Shown here piece by piece: positions 45,705 to 53,908 of a DNA stretch of 61,913 nucleotides. Under the pieces are notes generated by a model that had not been told where the DNA came from, searched no databases, and worked only from the letters and a program-made list of their open reading frames with translations. Both the position numbers and the translations under genes were made by a program. Source of the stretch: a virus (lineage: Duplodnaviria > Caudoviricetes); the IMG/VR virus record IMGVR_UViG_3300048587_000154, positions 1 through 61,913 of that record, one strand, 5' to 3'. Position 1 is the stretch's first letter; every line of letters starts with the position of its first letter.

Positions 45705-45971
45705 TTAGGTCGAAAGGTCGTTGCGGATGATGGCAAGGAGCTTGTCCAGCGGCTCATCACCTGTTGCCAGGCTAAGCGCTTCGGAAACCGTGATCTTTCC
45801 AGTCTTGATGAGGAGGAAGATTTTCAGCGCGCCGTCGGCGGTGCGTGTCCCGGCTTCCAGCTTCGATAGCTGGCCCTGTGTGATCCCGCAAAAATCGGCC
45901 ATTTCGCGTTGGCTCATGCCGTTCTGTGTGCGGAACAAGCGGATATCTTCGGAAGTCAGGATTTGTGTCAT
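45705..45971 (-). CDS. Cro/XRE-family HTH regulator
   Basis: IR.FR...GMSQ.EMA...GITQ..LS.LE.G. Confidence 0.85.
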   Translation of the reverse strand: MTQILTSEDIRLFRTQNGMSQREMADFCGITQGQLSKLEAGTRTADGALKIFLLIKTGKITVSEALSLATGDEPLDKLLAIIRNDLST

Positions 45972-46049
45972 ACCCAAGCGATGCCGGCAGAATGCGATCT
46001 AGTCAATGCCCTTGGAATGTTCTGCACCGCTGATGCTGACAATCGATCC

Positions 46050-46465
46050 GGTTTTTTGCTGCTCTACTTCCTTCTTCCTTGGTTCTTAATCCTTAAGGCT
46101 TGACCTTGAGAGGAGGGAAGCGAGGGGGTTAAAGACCCCCTACCCAAGCAGACAAATCAATGTCCACAAGGGGAGGAGGATCGCTTGCACAAACTTGACC
46201 TCTCGTTTCGGTCGCTCGTTCGGCAGGGTGCCTTTCGGAAACCCGTCCTCTGTTTCAGGCTGCACCGTAGGACTTTCGACCCCCGCGCACGCGGCTACGC
46301 CTGCCAGATTTGCACTGGTCTGCCGCACAAAACGAACGGGAGGGGACGCATCGGGACTTGAGGGGACAGTTGGGAGACGCTATGTATTGGCCTCACTGTC
46401 CGATATCGGCTGCGACACCTCTCGGATAGTTCTCACGCCTCGGTCTTTGCAGGACCGGGGCGTTA
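46050..46465 (-). ncRNA. Candidate ~410-nt structured RNA (primer-RNA-like)
   Basis: Several GNRA-capped stems, a long-range helix with G-U pairing on this strand, a G-tract and a purine-rich tail; no credible ORF. Boundaries inferred. Confidence 0.55.
46357..46385 (+). promoter_or_regulatory. sigma70 promoter of the small antisense RNA
   Basis: CTTGAG-N17-CTATGT, one mismatch per box to CTTGAC-N17-CTATAT. Confidence 0.65.
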
Positions 46466-46472
46466 CCTTTTT
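46391..46472 (+). ncRNA. Candidate ~80-nt two-hairpin antisense RNA
   Basis: Stems 46395-46430 and 46435-46463, each completed by a G-U pair on the + strand, followed by TACCTTTTT. Confidence 0.6.
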
Positions 46473-46546
46473 AGAGCGCGACTCCCCGCACATCGTCAAT
46501 CGAAATTATTTTTCGTATTGCTATCGCGCGATGCCCGTGGCATTGT
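46471..46546. promoter_or_regulatory. Divergent promoter pair with a TTCGTATT motif between them
   Basis: Leftward TTGACG (46499-46494)-N17-CTCTAA; rightward TTGCTA (46518)-N17-CATTGT; motif at 46512-46519. Confidence 0.5.
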
Positions 46547-46578
46547 TCCACACGGCATAGCAACTGGGGAGTTCAAGA

Positions 46579-46983
46579 ATGCCTAAGCAAATGTTCACGC
46601 CACAAGGCCATCTAACCCGCCGCATGAAGCGGTTTTTGAAGCGCGTCGTGGTCGAAAACCATCATCCCGAAACGCCACTTATCCACGGAATTATCAACAG
46701 GCGCGCGGAAATCGTTGCAGCTTGGAAATACTACGCCGTCGGCGGTCGTATCGACATCCACCGCGAGGGTCGCGACTGCGACCATACCGCCTATCATTCG
46801 GTCTACAGCATCGATGTTCCAATCTCTGTTGTCGCTTGGGTGCGCGATGAGGCGGAACATCGTTCATGGCTCGATGGGCCGGAGCGGGTCTGGTTTGCCG
46901 CACCAAGCGGTCTATGCGAAACCGGCAAGAGCATTGCCATTTTCTCGCGTCCCTCATTCGTGCAGGGCGACGGCTGGCGCTGA
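46579..46983 (+). CDS. Hypothetical early protein
   Basis: GGGGAG RBS; first gene of the rightward operon. Confidence 0.65.
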   Translation: MPKQMFTPQGHLTRRMKRFLKRVVVENHHPETPLIHGIINRRAEIVAAWKYYAVGGRIDIHREGRDCDHTAYHSVYSIDVPISVVAWVRDEAEHRSWLDGPERVWFAAPSGLCETGKSIAIFSRPSFVQGDGWR

Positions 46984-47357
46984 TGCGTACCTTTACCCCC
47001 GAATACCTGCGGCTGATCGAGTCGCGCGACAAGGCACGGCCTGCCGGCGCTGATTATGGTCTCTCGCGCCCGCATGGTGGGCCGAGCTTCCCGACCATCA
47101 TTGAGGCGCTGGACATGTGGAGCGAGTGGCACGCCGACCACCCCTTTGACGGGTCGCGCGGCAACCTTTTGCTCGATCTGGCGCTGGGCGATGCCTTTCG
47201 TATGTTGATCCAGTTGACCGACAACAAGGCGCGCATGCGTTGGATCGAGCGCCAGATGCCGATCGACCACATGGGGTTGCCGCCCTATCACGCCGCCTTG
47301 GCGCGGTGGTGGATGGCGCTCTACGATTTTCAACAAGGAGACAAGACGAATGGCTAA
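46983..47357 (+). CDS. Hypothetical protein (124 aa, MRTFTP)
   Basis: TGATG overlap. Confidence 0.6.
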   Translation: MRTFTPEYLRLIESRDKARPAGADYGLSRPHGGPSFPTIIEALDMWSEWHADHPFDGSRGNLLLDLALGDAFRMLIQLTDNKARMRWIERQMPIDHMGLPPYHAALARWWMALYDFQQGDKTNG

Positions 47358-48438
47358 AAACCCGCGCTGGGCGTGGTGGGAAAAGGCTCTCACGGCTCGC
47401 GACAAAGGCACGCTCGAAAGGCTGCTTGGAACCCCGGAACTGCCGCTGCATGGCGATGAGTACCAGATTGGTTACTTCCGCATGCTCGACAAGGAAAAAA
47501 AACGCTGGGTGCCTGTCGGCATCTACAAGTTGGGCAGCGTCGATGTCGCCATGGTGGACAACGAGGAAAGCGATCGTGATCTGGTCGAGCTTTTCCATTG
47601 GTGCTGCAAGCATCCGGTCACCTTTGCGGCCTACAACGCCGCGATCAAGGGTGGCGGTTGGGCTGATGAGCCGGCGATTTCCCCGCAAGACGACAACACC
47701 AAGAACATGTCGGAGTTCGAGCGCCTTAACCTCGAATACCAAGGCGAAAAGGAAATGTGCGAGGAGTTTCTTAAAACTCCAATCACCACGCAAGAACAGG
47801 CCGACAAGGTGGCGATCTGGAAAAACCGCCTGACCAAGATCAAGGGCAAGGCCGAGACGTTCCACAAGGTCGAGAAGCAACCTCACCTCGACGCCGGGCG
47901 CGCGGTCGATGACAAGTGGCGCGACCTTAAGGAAGAACCCGACAAGCTCAACAAGCGGCTCCTCGCCCACATCAAGCCATTCCTCGACAAGAAGCAGCGC
48001 GAGGCCGATGAAAAGGCCCTCAAGGCGCGCGAGGAGGCCAAACGCATCGCCCGCGAGAAGGCGGACGCGGATCGGCGCGCGCAGGCCGAACAGGATCGCA
48101 TCGCTACACAAGCGGCATCGGAGGCCGAACGCGAGCTTGCATCCCGCCAGGCGCATGAGCGCGCCGAACAGGAGAAGGCCGATCTTGAGGCGCAAGAGGC
48201 TGCCGTCAAGGAGGAGGCTAAGGGCGAAAAGGTTTCTGCCGGTCGTACCGGCGCGAAGGTATCCAGCCGGAAAAGGCGCTACGGCAAGGTGAACGACTAC
48301 AAGGCGGCTGCGGTCGCTCTTGTGGAGTTGAAGAACAGCGAGTTGATCGAGCTTATCGACAAGATCGCGAACCGCGCTGCAACCGATGAAATGCCGTTCG
48401 ACGGCATGACGATTGAAACGGAGACTGTCTATGTCTGA
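47350..48438 (+). CDS. Coiled-coil recombination-module protein
   Basis: AAGGAG RBS; EK.PHL.AGRAVD.KW and an A/E/K/R-rich coil. Confidence 0.75.
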   Translation: MAKNPRWAWWEKALTARDKGTLERLLGTPELPLHGDEYQIGYFRMLDKEKKRWVPVGIYKLGSVDVAMVDNEESDRDLVELFHWCCKHPVTFAAYNAAIKGGGWADEPAISPQDDNTKNMSEFERLNLEYQGEKEMCEEFLKTPITTQEQADKVAIWKNRLTKIKGKAETFHKVEKQPHLDAGRAVDDKWRDLKEEPDKLNKRLLAHIKPFLDKKQREADEKALKAREEAKRIAREKADADRRAQAEQDRIATQAASEAERELASRQAHERAEQEKADLEAQEAAVKEEAKGEKVSAGRTGAKVSSRKRRYGKVNDYKAAAVALVELKNSELIELIDKIANRAATDEMPFDGMTIETETVYV

Positions 48439-48667
48439 TGAAAATCCCATCACGTTCCCAGCCATCGCGCGTTGCGCCTTCAAGGAAGGTGGCAAGCTCT
48501 ACGACTACATCGCGCCATTTCCCGTTTTGGTCGGGCAGCGCGTTTGGATCGACGGGCGCTACGGCAAGACCAAGCTGATTGTCGGCGAGGTCATTCAGGA
48601 GTCCGAGAAGGCCACGGCTTCCCTGATCGGCATTGTCGAGGAAGAACAGGAAAACGCCGATGAATGA
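48431..48667 (+). CDS. Hypothetical protein (78 aa)
   Basis: GGAG RBS; F...GK.YDY motif. Confidence 0.65.
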   Translation: MSDENPITFPAIARCAFKEGGKLYDYIAPFPVLVGQRVWIDGRYGKTKLIVGEVIQESEKATASLIGIVEEEQENADE

Positions 48668-49811
48668 TCACAATCGAAGCGGCGGCGGCAACAATGCCGT
48701 CGCCACCATCGAACCATCCCGCCTTGCGCTACCACCTGCCATCGCCAAGGAGTTCAGCGTCGAGGCGGCAGACTGGCGCGTGCTGGTCGATCAGATATTC
48801 CCATCGGCCAAGACGGTTGGCTCTGTGCTTTTGGCTCTGTCCTACTGCCGTCGGCGCAACCTCGATATCTTCAAGAAGCCGGTTCACATCGTCCCTATGT
48901 GGTCAACGGCCAAGGGACAAATGGTCGAAACCGTCTGGCCGGGCATCGCTGAAATCCGCACCACTGCCGCCAGAACCGGGAAATACGCCGGCATCGACGC
49001 GGTAGAGTTCGGTCCCATGATCCCGCGTGAGTTCGTGGGTGAAACCACGCAATGGGAGGAGGACGAACAGACCGGGCGAAAGCACAAGAAGAAGGTCACC
49101 ATCACCAAACAGGTGCTTTACCCGGAATGGGCTTCCGTCGTCGTTTACAAGATGCTCGACGGGCAGCGGTGCGCCTACCACGCCAAGGTCTACTGGGAGG
49201 AAGCTTACGCCACCATCGGCAAGACCAACGTGCCGAACGAAATGTGGGAGAAGCGCCCGCGCGGCCAGTTGGACAAATGCGTTGAAGCTGCCGCGCTGCG
49301 CAAGGCCTTCCCCGAAGAACTGGGCAACACCTATGCGGCGGAAGAAATGGAGGGCCGCACGATCGATCACGCTGCATCTGACGCGCCTGCCACCGCCAGC
49401 GCCGCCCCTCCTGATCCGCATGCAGGGGATAAGGCCGAAGAAAACCACGGCGGCGAAGTGGAAGATGCAGAGTTCGAGGAAGTGAACGAAGATGAGGAGG
49501 TCGAGGACAAGAAAGCCGCCGATCCCAAGTCTAAACCTAAGCCCGTCGATAAAGCGAAGCCTGCGCCGTCTGGCGGCGCTCCCAATCCCGACGATGACGA
49601 TGACGATGACGACGGCGACGGCAGCGAAGGCGATAGCCACTTCTTTGCCCTCCTACGTGAAACCATCCGCAAAGCCGACACGGAGGAGGAGGTGGAAGAA
49701 GTCTGGACCGACGCCGATCCCATGGCGCGCTTCGAGGGCAACGAAGTCATGCAAAAGACCGCGCTCGCCATCAAGAACGTGCGATTGAAACAACTGCAAA
49801 AGGCGCAATGA
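48660..49811 (+). CDS. bet: RecT/Bet single-strand annealing protein
   Basis: C....LD.F.K..HIV, GI...R..A.RTG.YAG, W.K.P..QL.KC.EA.ALRKAFP. Confidence 0.88.
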   Translation: MNDHNRSGGGNNAVATIEPSRLALPPAIAKEFSVEAADWRVLVDQIFPSAKTVGSVLLALSYCRRRNLDIFKKPVHIVPMWSTAKGQMVETVWPGIAEIRTTAARTGKYAGIDAVEFGPMIPREFVGETTQWEEDEQTGRKHKKKVTITKQVLYPEWASVVVYKMLDGQRCAYHAKVYWEEAYATIGKTNVPNEMWEKRPRGQLDKCVEAAALRKAFPEELGNTYAAEEMEGRTIDHAASDAPATASAAPPDPHAGDKAEENHGGEVEDAEFEEVNEDEEVEDKKAADPKSKPKPVDKAKPAPSGGAPNPDDDDDDDDGDGSEGDSHFFALLRETIRKADTEEEVEEVWTDADPMARFEGNEVMQKTALAIKNVRLKQLQKAQ

Positions 49812-50632
49812 CCATGGCTCCCAAGCCGCACAATGACGATTTCCCCGCCCTGACCATGAAGGTTGAGAACGGCAAGCTTGTCTGCTTGTCGGCTTGGGAC
49901 GCCGAACGCCTCGCCAGCTTTAGCCACCGCCCGGTTGTGTTCGTGAAGATCACAGCCGACCAGCATCCGGCCAGGCGCAAGTTCGAGGCGATACTGAACA
50001 AGCTCATCAAGGGCGGCAACGTGCCTTGGAGCAACCGCGAAACGGCGCTGGACGCGCTTAAGATCGCGCATGGGTGCGTCGATGTGGTGAAGCGCAAGGG
50101 CGAGCTTATTACCAAGCCTGCCAGCCTCACGACGCTTGACGATGAGGCCTTTCTAGATTTCTACGAGACGGCCATGGCGATCTTGAGTGAATTGACCGGC
50201 ATGGACCCCGAAACCATGGGGCGAGAAGCCACCGACACAGGATCATACGAATACCCCAAATCGTCCGGGTCACCCCCCCCCGACTCGGACGATCAGGGCG
50301 ACGATGCACCTCCCCAGTCGTCGTCGCCCGACCATTCACCCCCAGCGGGTGAGGTGGCGGCGACTGTCAATAGGCCCGAACAGTCAGAGTTGACGGTTGC
50401 CGACCGCCCGCTGGCGCTTGAGTGCATCATGAAGTGCATGCGCGTTGCGCTCGATCCGACCGTTCCCGATCCCACCGATAGGCAAGACGTTCTGCGGGTA
50501 ACAAAGGATCATTGGAAGGGGAAAGTCCCCAACGCTTTCCTTAAGCAAGTGATCGATCGATGCAACGAATTGATAACCGGCAAGGCGCGCGAGGCCGATG
50601 TGCGCCGTTTCCTTGGAGCTTTGATCCCATGA
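49808..50632 (+). CDS. Hypothetical recombination-module protein (DUF1367-like N-terminus)
   Basis: RKF.A.L, P.S....DD..F..FY pattern; ATGA overlap. Confidence 0.6.
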   Translation: MTMAPKPHNDDFPALTMKVENGKLVCLSAWDAERLASFSHRPVVFVKITADQHPARRKFEAILNKLIKGGNVPWSNRETALDALKIAHGCVDVVKRKGELITKPASLTTLDDEAFLDFYETAMAILSELTGMDPETMGREATDTGSYEYPKSSGSPPPDSDDQGDDAPPQSSSPDHSPPAGEVAATVNRPEQSELTVADRPLALECIMKCMRVALDPTVPDPTDRQDVLRVTKDHWKGKVPNAFLKQVIDRCNELITGKAREADVRRFLGALIP

Positions 50633-50817
50633 GAACCTTTACGAACGACGAAAAGTACAAGGCGGCGTCGCGCGAGGTCGATCAACGCGGGCGCGTCTAC
50701 AAGCGGCTGGTCGAGACCGGCAAGATGACGCAACAGAAGGCCGACTATGAAATCGAGATCATGGAGGCCATCGCCAGCGACTATGCAAAGCTCAAGGCGA
50801 AGGACTTGCTTGTCTGA
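50629..50817 (+). CDS. Hypothetical protein (62 aa)
   Basis: REV..R.RVY...V..GKM....A..EI..M.AI motif. Confidence 0.65.
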   Translation: MRTFTNDEKYKAASREVDQRGRVYKRLVETGKMTQQKADYEIEIMEAIASDYAKLKAKDLLV

Positions 50818-51185
50818 TGGGCTTGGTATCGCAGCGTTTGAGAGAGTCCGCCAAAGGCCAGCCGTGCATGTTCCGCCTGTCCTACTGTTGCAACCACGAT
50901 CCCGCGACCACCGTGCTTTGCCACGCCCCTTCCGAAATCAAGGGGACCGGCAACAAGTCGCACGACTTCCACGCCGCGTTCGGATGCTCCCAGTGCCATG
51001 AGGCGATGGACCAACGCCGGCTCGCGGCGTGGCCATGGGAGAACGCCTGGCGCTTGGCGCTGATGCGCACATGGGAATGGTGGGTCGAGAACGGCTACAT
51101 CAAGATCGTGGGCGATGACGAGAAGGTCGCGCGCCGGGCAAAGCCGCTGAACAAGATCGTTCCAAGGCGCGGTATCGGCGGATGA
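50817..51185 (+). CDS. DUF1364/YbcO-like putative nuclease
   Basis: LR.SA.G..C..R....C.....TTV.CH..K..D...A..CS.CH. Confidence 0.8.
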   Translation: MGLVSQRLRESAKGQPCMFRLSYCCNHDPATTVLCHAPSEIKGTGNKSHDFHAAFGCSQCHEAMDQRRLAAWPWENAWRLALMRTWEWWVENGYIKIVGDDEKVARRAKPLNKIVPRRGIGG

Positions 51186-51379
51186 CACTCCTCGAAATCT
51201 TCATCGCCGCCGAAATCATCCTGATCTTCGGTGTCACGCCGCTACTTCATCCGAACGTCCAGCATGTGCCGCTTGTCGCGGCGCTGCTTATGGCGGGAAT
51301 GGGCTTGGCCGGTTTTGTTGGCATGGTGGCGGCCTTTGCCGCGTTCATCTGGTTGGAAATACGGGAGGAGAAGGAATGA
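51182..51379 (+). CDS. Small two-helix membrane protein
   Basis: Two hydrophobic segments. Confidence 0.6.
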   Translation: MTLLEIFIAAEIILIFGVTPLLHPNVQHVPLVAALLMAGMGLAGFVGMVAAFAAFIWLEIREEKE

Positions 51380-51879
51380 AGGCTTTTACGATCTGGCAGC
51401 CGTGGGCCTCGCTCATCATGATCGGGGCCAAGCCATACGAGTTTCGTAGCTGGAAGCCGCCCGCGTGGCTGGTCGGCCAGCGCATGGCCATCCATGCCGG
51501 CGCGCGTCCGGTAAGGGCGAGGGAGGTCAAGGCCCTGATCGACGCTCTGAACGGGCGCACAAGCGAGCAACCGTGCCTGCGCAAGGATATCGCCCTGCCG
51601 ATGCTCGAACGTGTGCTGGTGGCGCTCTCTAAGTCGCCTGATACCCTTTGGGGCACCGATGAGGCTCTTACCCTTCCGCTATCGCACATCCTCGGCACGG
51701 TTCGAGTTGGTGAGCCGAAGCGCGGCGATCTGTGCGCTGCGGAGTTCGGGGAGGATGCCGGCAACGACAGTGATCGCGCCGGCACCTTCAACTGGGGCTG
51801 GCCTATGCTCGATATCCAGCACTTCGAGCCGCCACGCCATGCCAAGGGCGCGCAAGGCCTGTGGGACACTACTGCTTAA
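51376..51879 (+). CDS. ASCH-domain protein
   Basis: MKA.TI.QPWASLI..G.K..E.RSW..IHA..KG.QGLW. Confidence 0.85.
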   Translation: MKAFTIWQPWASLIMIGAKPYEFRSWKPPAWLVGQRMAIHAGARPVRAREVKALIDALNGRTSEQPCLRKDIALPMLERVLVALSKSPDTLWGTDEALTLPLSHILGTVRVGEPKRGDLCAAEFGEDAGNDSDRAGTFNWGWPMLDIQHFEPPRHAKGAQGLWDTTA

Positions 51880-52276
51880 GCGATCGCACGATCCACGCGA
51901 GGAAATCGCCCCAGTAATACCAAAGTGTCGACGTGATGGCCGAAGCGGTGATCCCCGAAGCGGCCATAGCCCCAACGCCCATCTGCTTCCAGCGCTTGAT
52001 TTCGGCTGCCGCTGCCTGTCCGTCCTTCACCTCGACCTTCAACACATCGACCGCGCCGACGACGACGGCAACGCTTGTTGCCACCTCGCCCATATCCTCG
52101 ACTATCCTGTCTACTCGCTCATGCAGCGCCTTGCGGCTGCGATCGGCGTGTTCAACGTTGTCGGCGTGAGCCTTTTCAACGCGCTCGAAGTCCCGGCGCA
52201 AGCCCTTGACCTCCGCACCAAGCGCGCCGATCGCCTCATAGATTTGCTGGTTGCTGGTCGCAGTCACGGCACCCAT
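51869..52276 (-). CDS. DUF1515-like membrane-anchored coiled-coil protein (holin candidate)
   Basis: IG.L.AEV..L, SR..LH.R.D, WK.MG.G then a TM helix; last gene of the lysis cassette. Confidence 0.6.
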   Translation of the reverse strand: MGAVTATSNQQIYEAIGALGAEVKGLRRDFERVEKAHADNVEHADRSRKALHERVDRIVEDMGEVATSVAVVVGAVDVLKVEVKDGQAAAAEIKRWKQMGVGAMAASGITASAITSTLWYYWGDFLAWIVRSLKQ

Positions 52277-52587
52277 TCCTCTCGAAGTGTATCGTAGAAG
52301 CCGCCAGCGCCGTTGCAGCGGCGAATGCGGGCGTTGGCGCGGGCTGTAGCGCGTCGCTCGGCCTTGATGACGATGGTCGGCTCCAAACCGACGTAGAGGG
52401 GCGCGTGCGGCTCCTCTACGCTACAATCGGCAGGCATGGGCGGTAGTTCCGCCTTCATCTGCCCTTGCGCCTCTCCCTGCCGCGCTGCGGCCTCGTCCAG
52501 CTTCGCTTGCTGGTTAGCGCAAGATGTAATCGATATCGTCGCCATTAAGAGGGCAGCGACGCCCCAGTTCCCCAAGCCGCTTTTCAT
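52264..52587 (-). CDS. o-spanin (Rz1-like lipoprotein)
   Basis: GAGGA RBS, signal peptide with ITSC lipobox, LPP.P.DC, AN.RI..C..FY; overlaps the i-spanin. Confidence 0.75.
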   Translation of the reverse strand: MKSGLGNWGVAALLMATISITSCANQQAKLDEAAARQGEAQGQMKAELPPMPADCSVEEPHAPLYVGLEPTIVIKAERRATARANARIRRCNGAGGFYDTLREEWVP

Positions 52588-52954
52588 AGTTATGATCCTC
52601 AATGCGATCTTGCTCGACCAAGGCGCGCTCGCTCGACTGGGCGTCTCGAAGCAAGATGGCGTATCCATCCGTGGCCTTGCGCGAGGCGTCGAAACGCTTC
52701 TGCAAGGCCTCCAACTCGGCTCTCGCCGCTACCAACTCGACTTGCTGGACATACCCCTTCAACGCTTCCTTGCGCTCTCGATCGATCCGCCCATCTGTGA
52801 TGGTCTCGATAACCGGGCCAATCAGGGGAATGGCCTTGAGCGCGTTGAATGGTCCCAGCGGGATACCCTCGTAGACCAGCACCGCGAGCGCGATGCCCAC
52901 GATGCCGCCCACGATGGCCGCAACCGCCTGGCGTATGTCGTTAATAGGAAACAT
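52514..52954 (-). CDS. i-spanin (Rz-like)
   Basis: N-terminal TM, coiled coil, C-terminal C.L...D...I. Confidence 0.75.
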   Translation of the reverse strand: MFPINDIRQAVAAIVGGIVGIALAVLVYEGIPLGPFNALKAIPLIGPVIETITDGRIDRERKEALKGYVQQVELVAARAELEALQKRFDASRKATDGYAILLRDAQSSERALVEQDRIEDHNYEKRLGELGRRCPLNGDDIDYILR

Positions 52955-53051
52955 TGCCAAGCAACAGGTAACCGATCAGGCCAATGAGGATCATGGCGCT
53001 GATCGCGCCGGCTGCGAGGCCGGAGAGGAAGAACAGAATTTCCTTGCTCAT
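52941..53051 (-). CDS. 36-aa single-TM peptide in the lysis cassette
   Basis: MSKEILFFLSGLAAGAISAMILIGLIGYLLLGNVSY; overlaps both neighbours. Confidence 0.55.
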   Translation of the reverse strand: MSKEILFFLSGLAAGAISAMILIGLIGYLLLGNVSY

Positions 53052-53890
53052 CATGCCCTCACGCGATCGAGCGCATCAGCAAGGTGCTTTTCGCGCTGTT
53101 TGGCCCAAGCCCTGTAGGCGATGCCGCAAAGGGCGATGACGACGCCGGCAACCGTGAGTGCCGCAACGATGTTCGCGATGAACTCGATGTTACTCAACGG
53201 GGTAAGCTGGTCGGACGCCTGCGCAATGACGCCGGAGACGATGCCGCCACTTGTGGCCATGTCGCCCGGAGCCTTCGACGGTGAAGGCTTGCCGTCCTCG
53301 ACAAAGGCCTTGGCGTCGCCACCTGCGGCAAAGAACGCCATGGGAGCCATGCCACTGCCCGTGGCCCAAGCCTGCGCGGTCGCCTCGACGCTGGCAACGC
53401 GGGCCGTCCAGCCCTTGCGATAGGTCGGCCAGTGCTTGAGCGCCTTCAAGAACAGCATCCGGCGCTCGGCAATCCGCTCGATCAGTTCGTCGTGGTTCGG
53501 ATGATCCTCGATCGCAGCGAGAGTCGACTCGCCCATGACGCCATCAATGCGGCCCGTGTAGTACGACCCAAGGGCGCGCTGGACCCATTTGACGGACTGG
53601 ACATTGCCGGAGTTCACGGAGCCGTCGAAGATCATGTAATCGATGCCCGCTGGAAGCTGGTCGCCCTTGATGACGTTCCAATAGCGCTGGCGATAGATTT
53701 CGTCGCGCTCGGCGTTTTCCATGTCGTACACGTCGCGCGCCGCAAGCTTCTTTGTCTTGCGATACATGTCATAGACACGCTGGGTAACGCCTTGATTGGT
53801 GCGCCCGCCCGGATCGCGCGGATCGTCTACCTTGCCGCCCTCATGAACCAACAGTCGCTTGAGCGACGGTGCAAAATTCGCCTTCGTCAT
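53051..53890 (-). CDS. Endolysin, glycoside hydrolase family 108, with PG-binding domain and C-terminal TM helix
   Basis: HEGG..D.P.DPGG.TN.GVT, IY...YW, FD..VNSG, DGV.G..T, GW..RV. Confidence 0.92.
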   Translation of the reverse strand: MTKANFAPSLKRLLVHEGGKVDDPRDPGGRTNQGVTQRVYDMYRKTKKLAARDVYDMENAERDEIYRQRYWNVIKGDQLPAGIDYMIFDGSVNSGNVQSVKWVQRALGSYYTGRIDGVMGESTLAAIEDHPNHDELIERIAERRMLFLKALKHWPTYRKGWTARVASVEATAQAWATGSGMAPMAFFAAGGDAKAFVEDGKPSPSKAPGDMATSGGIVSGVIAQASDQLTPLSNIEFIANIVAALTVAGVVIALCGIAYRAWAKQREKHLADALDRVRA

Positions 53891-53908
53891 GTCCCCGCCT
53901 TTCTTGGG

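Noticed and set aside
46140-46560. ORFs 46140-46328 (-) and 46195-46560 (+)
   Set aside because: Non-ATG starts, atypical codons and no motifs; the region is better explained by RNA structure.
49590-49613. GACGAT tandem repeat
   Set aside because: It encodes the poly-Asp linker of Bet.
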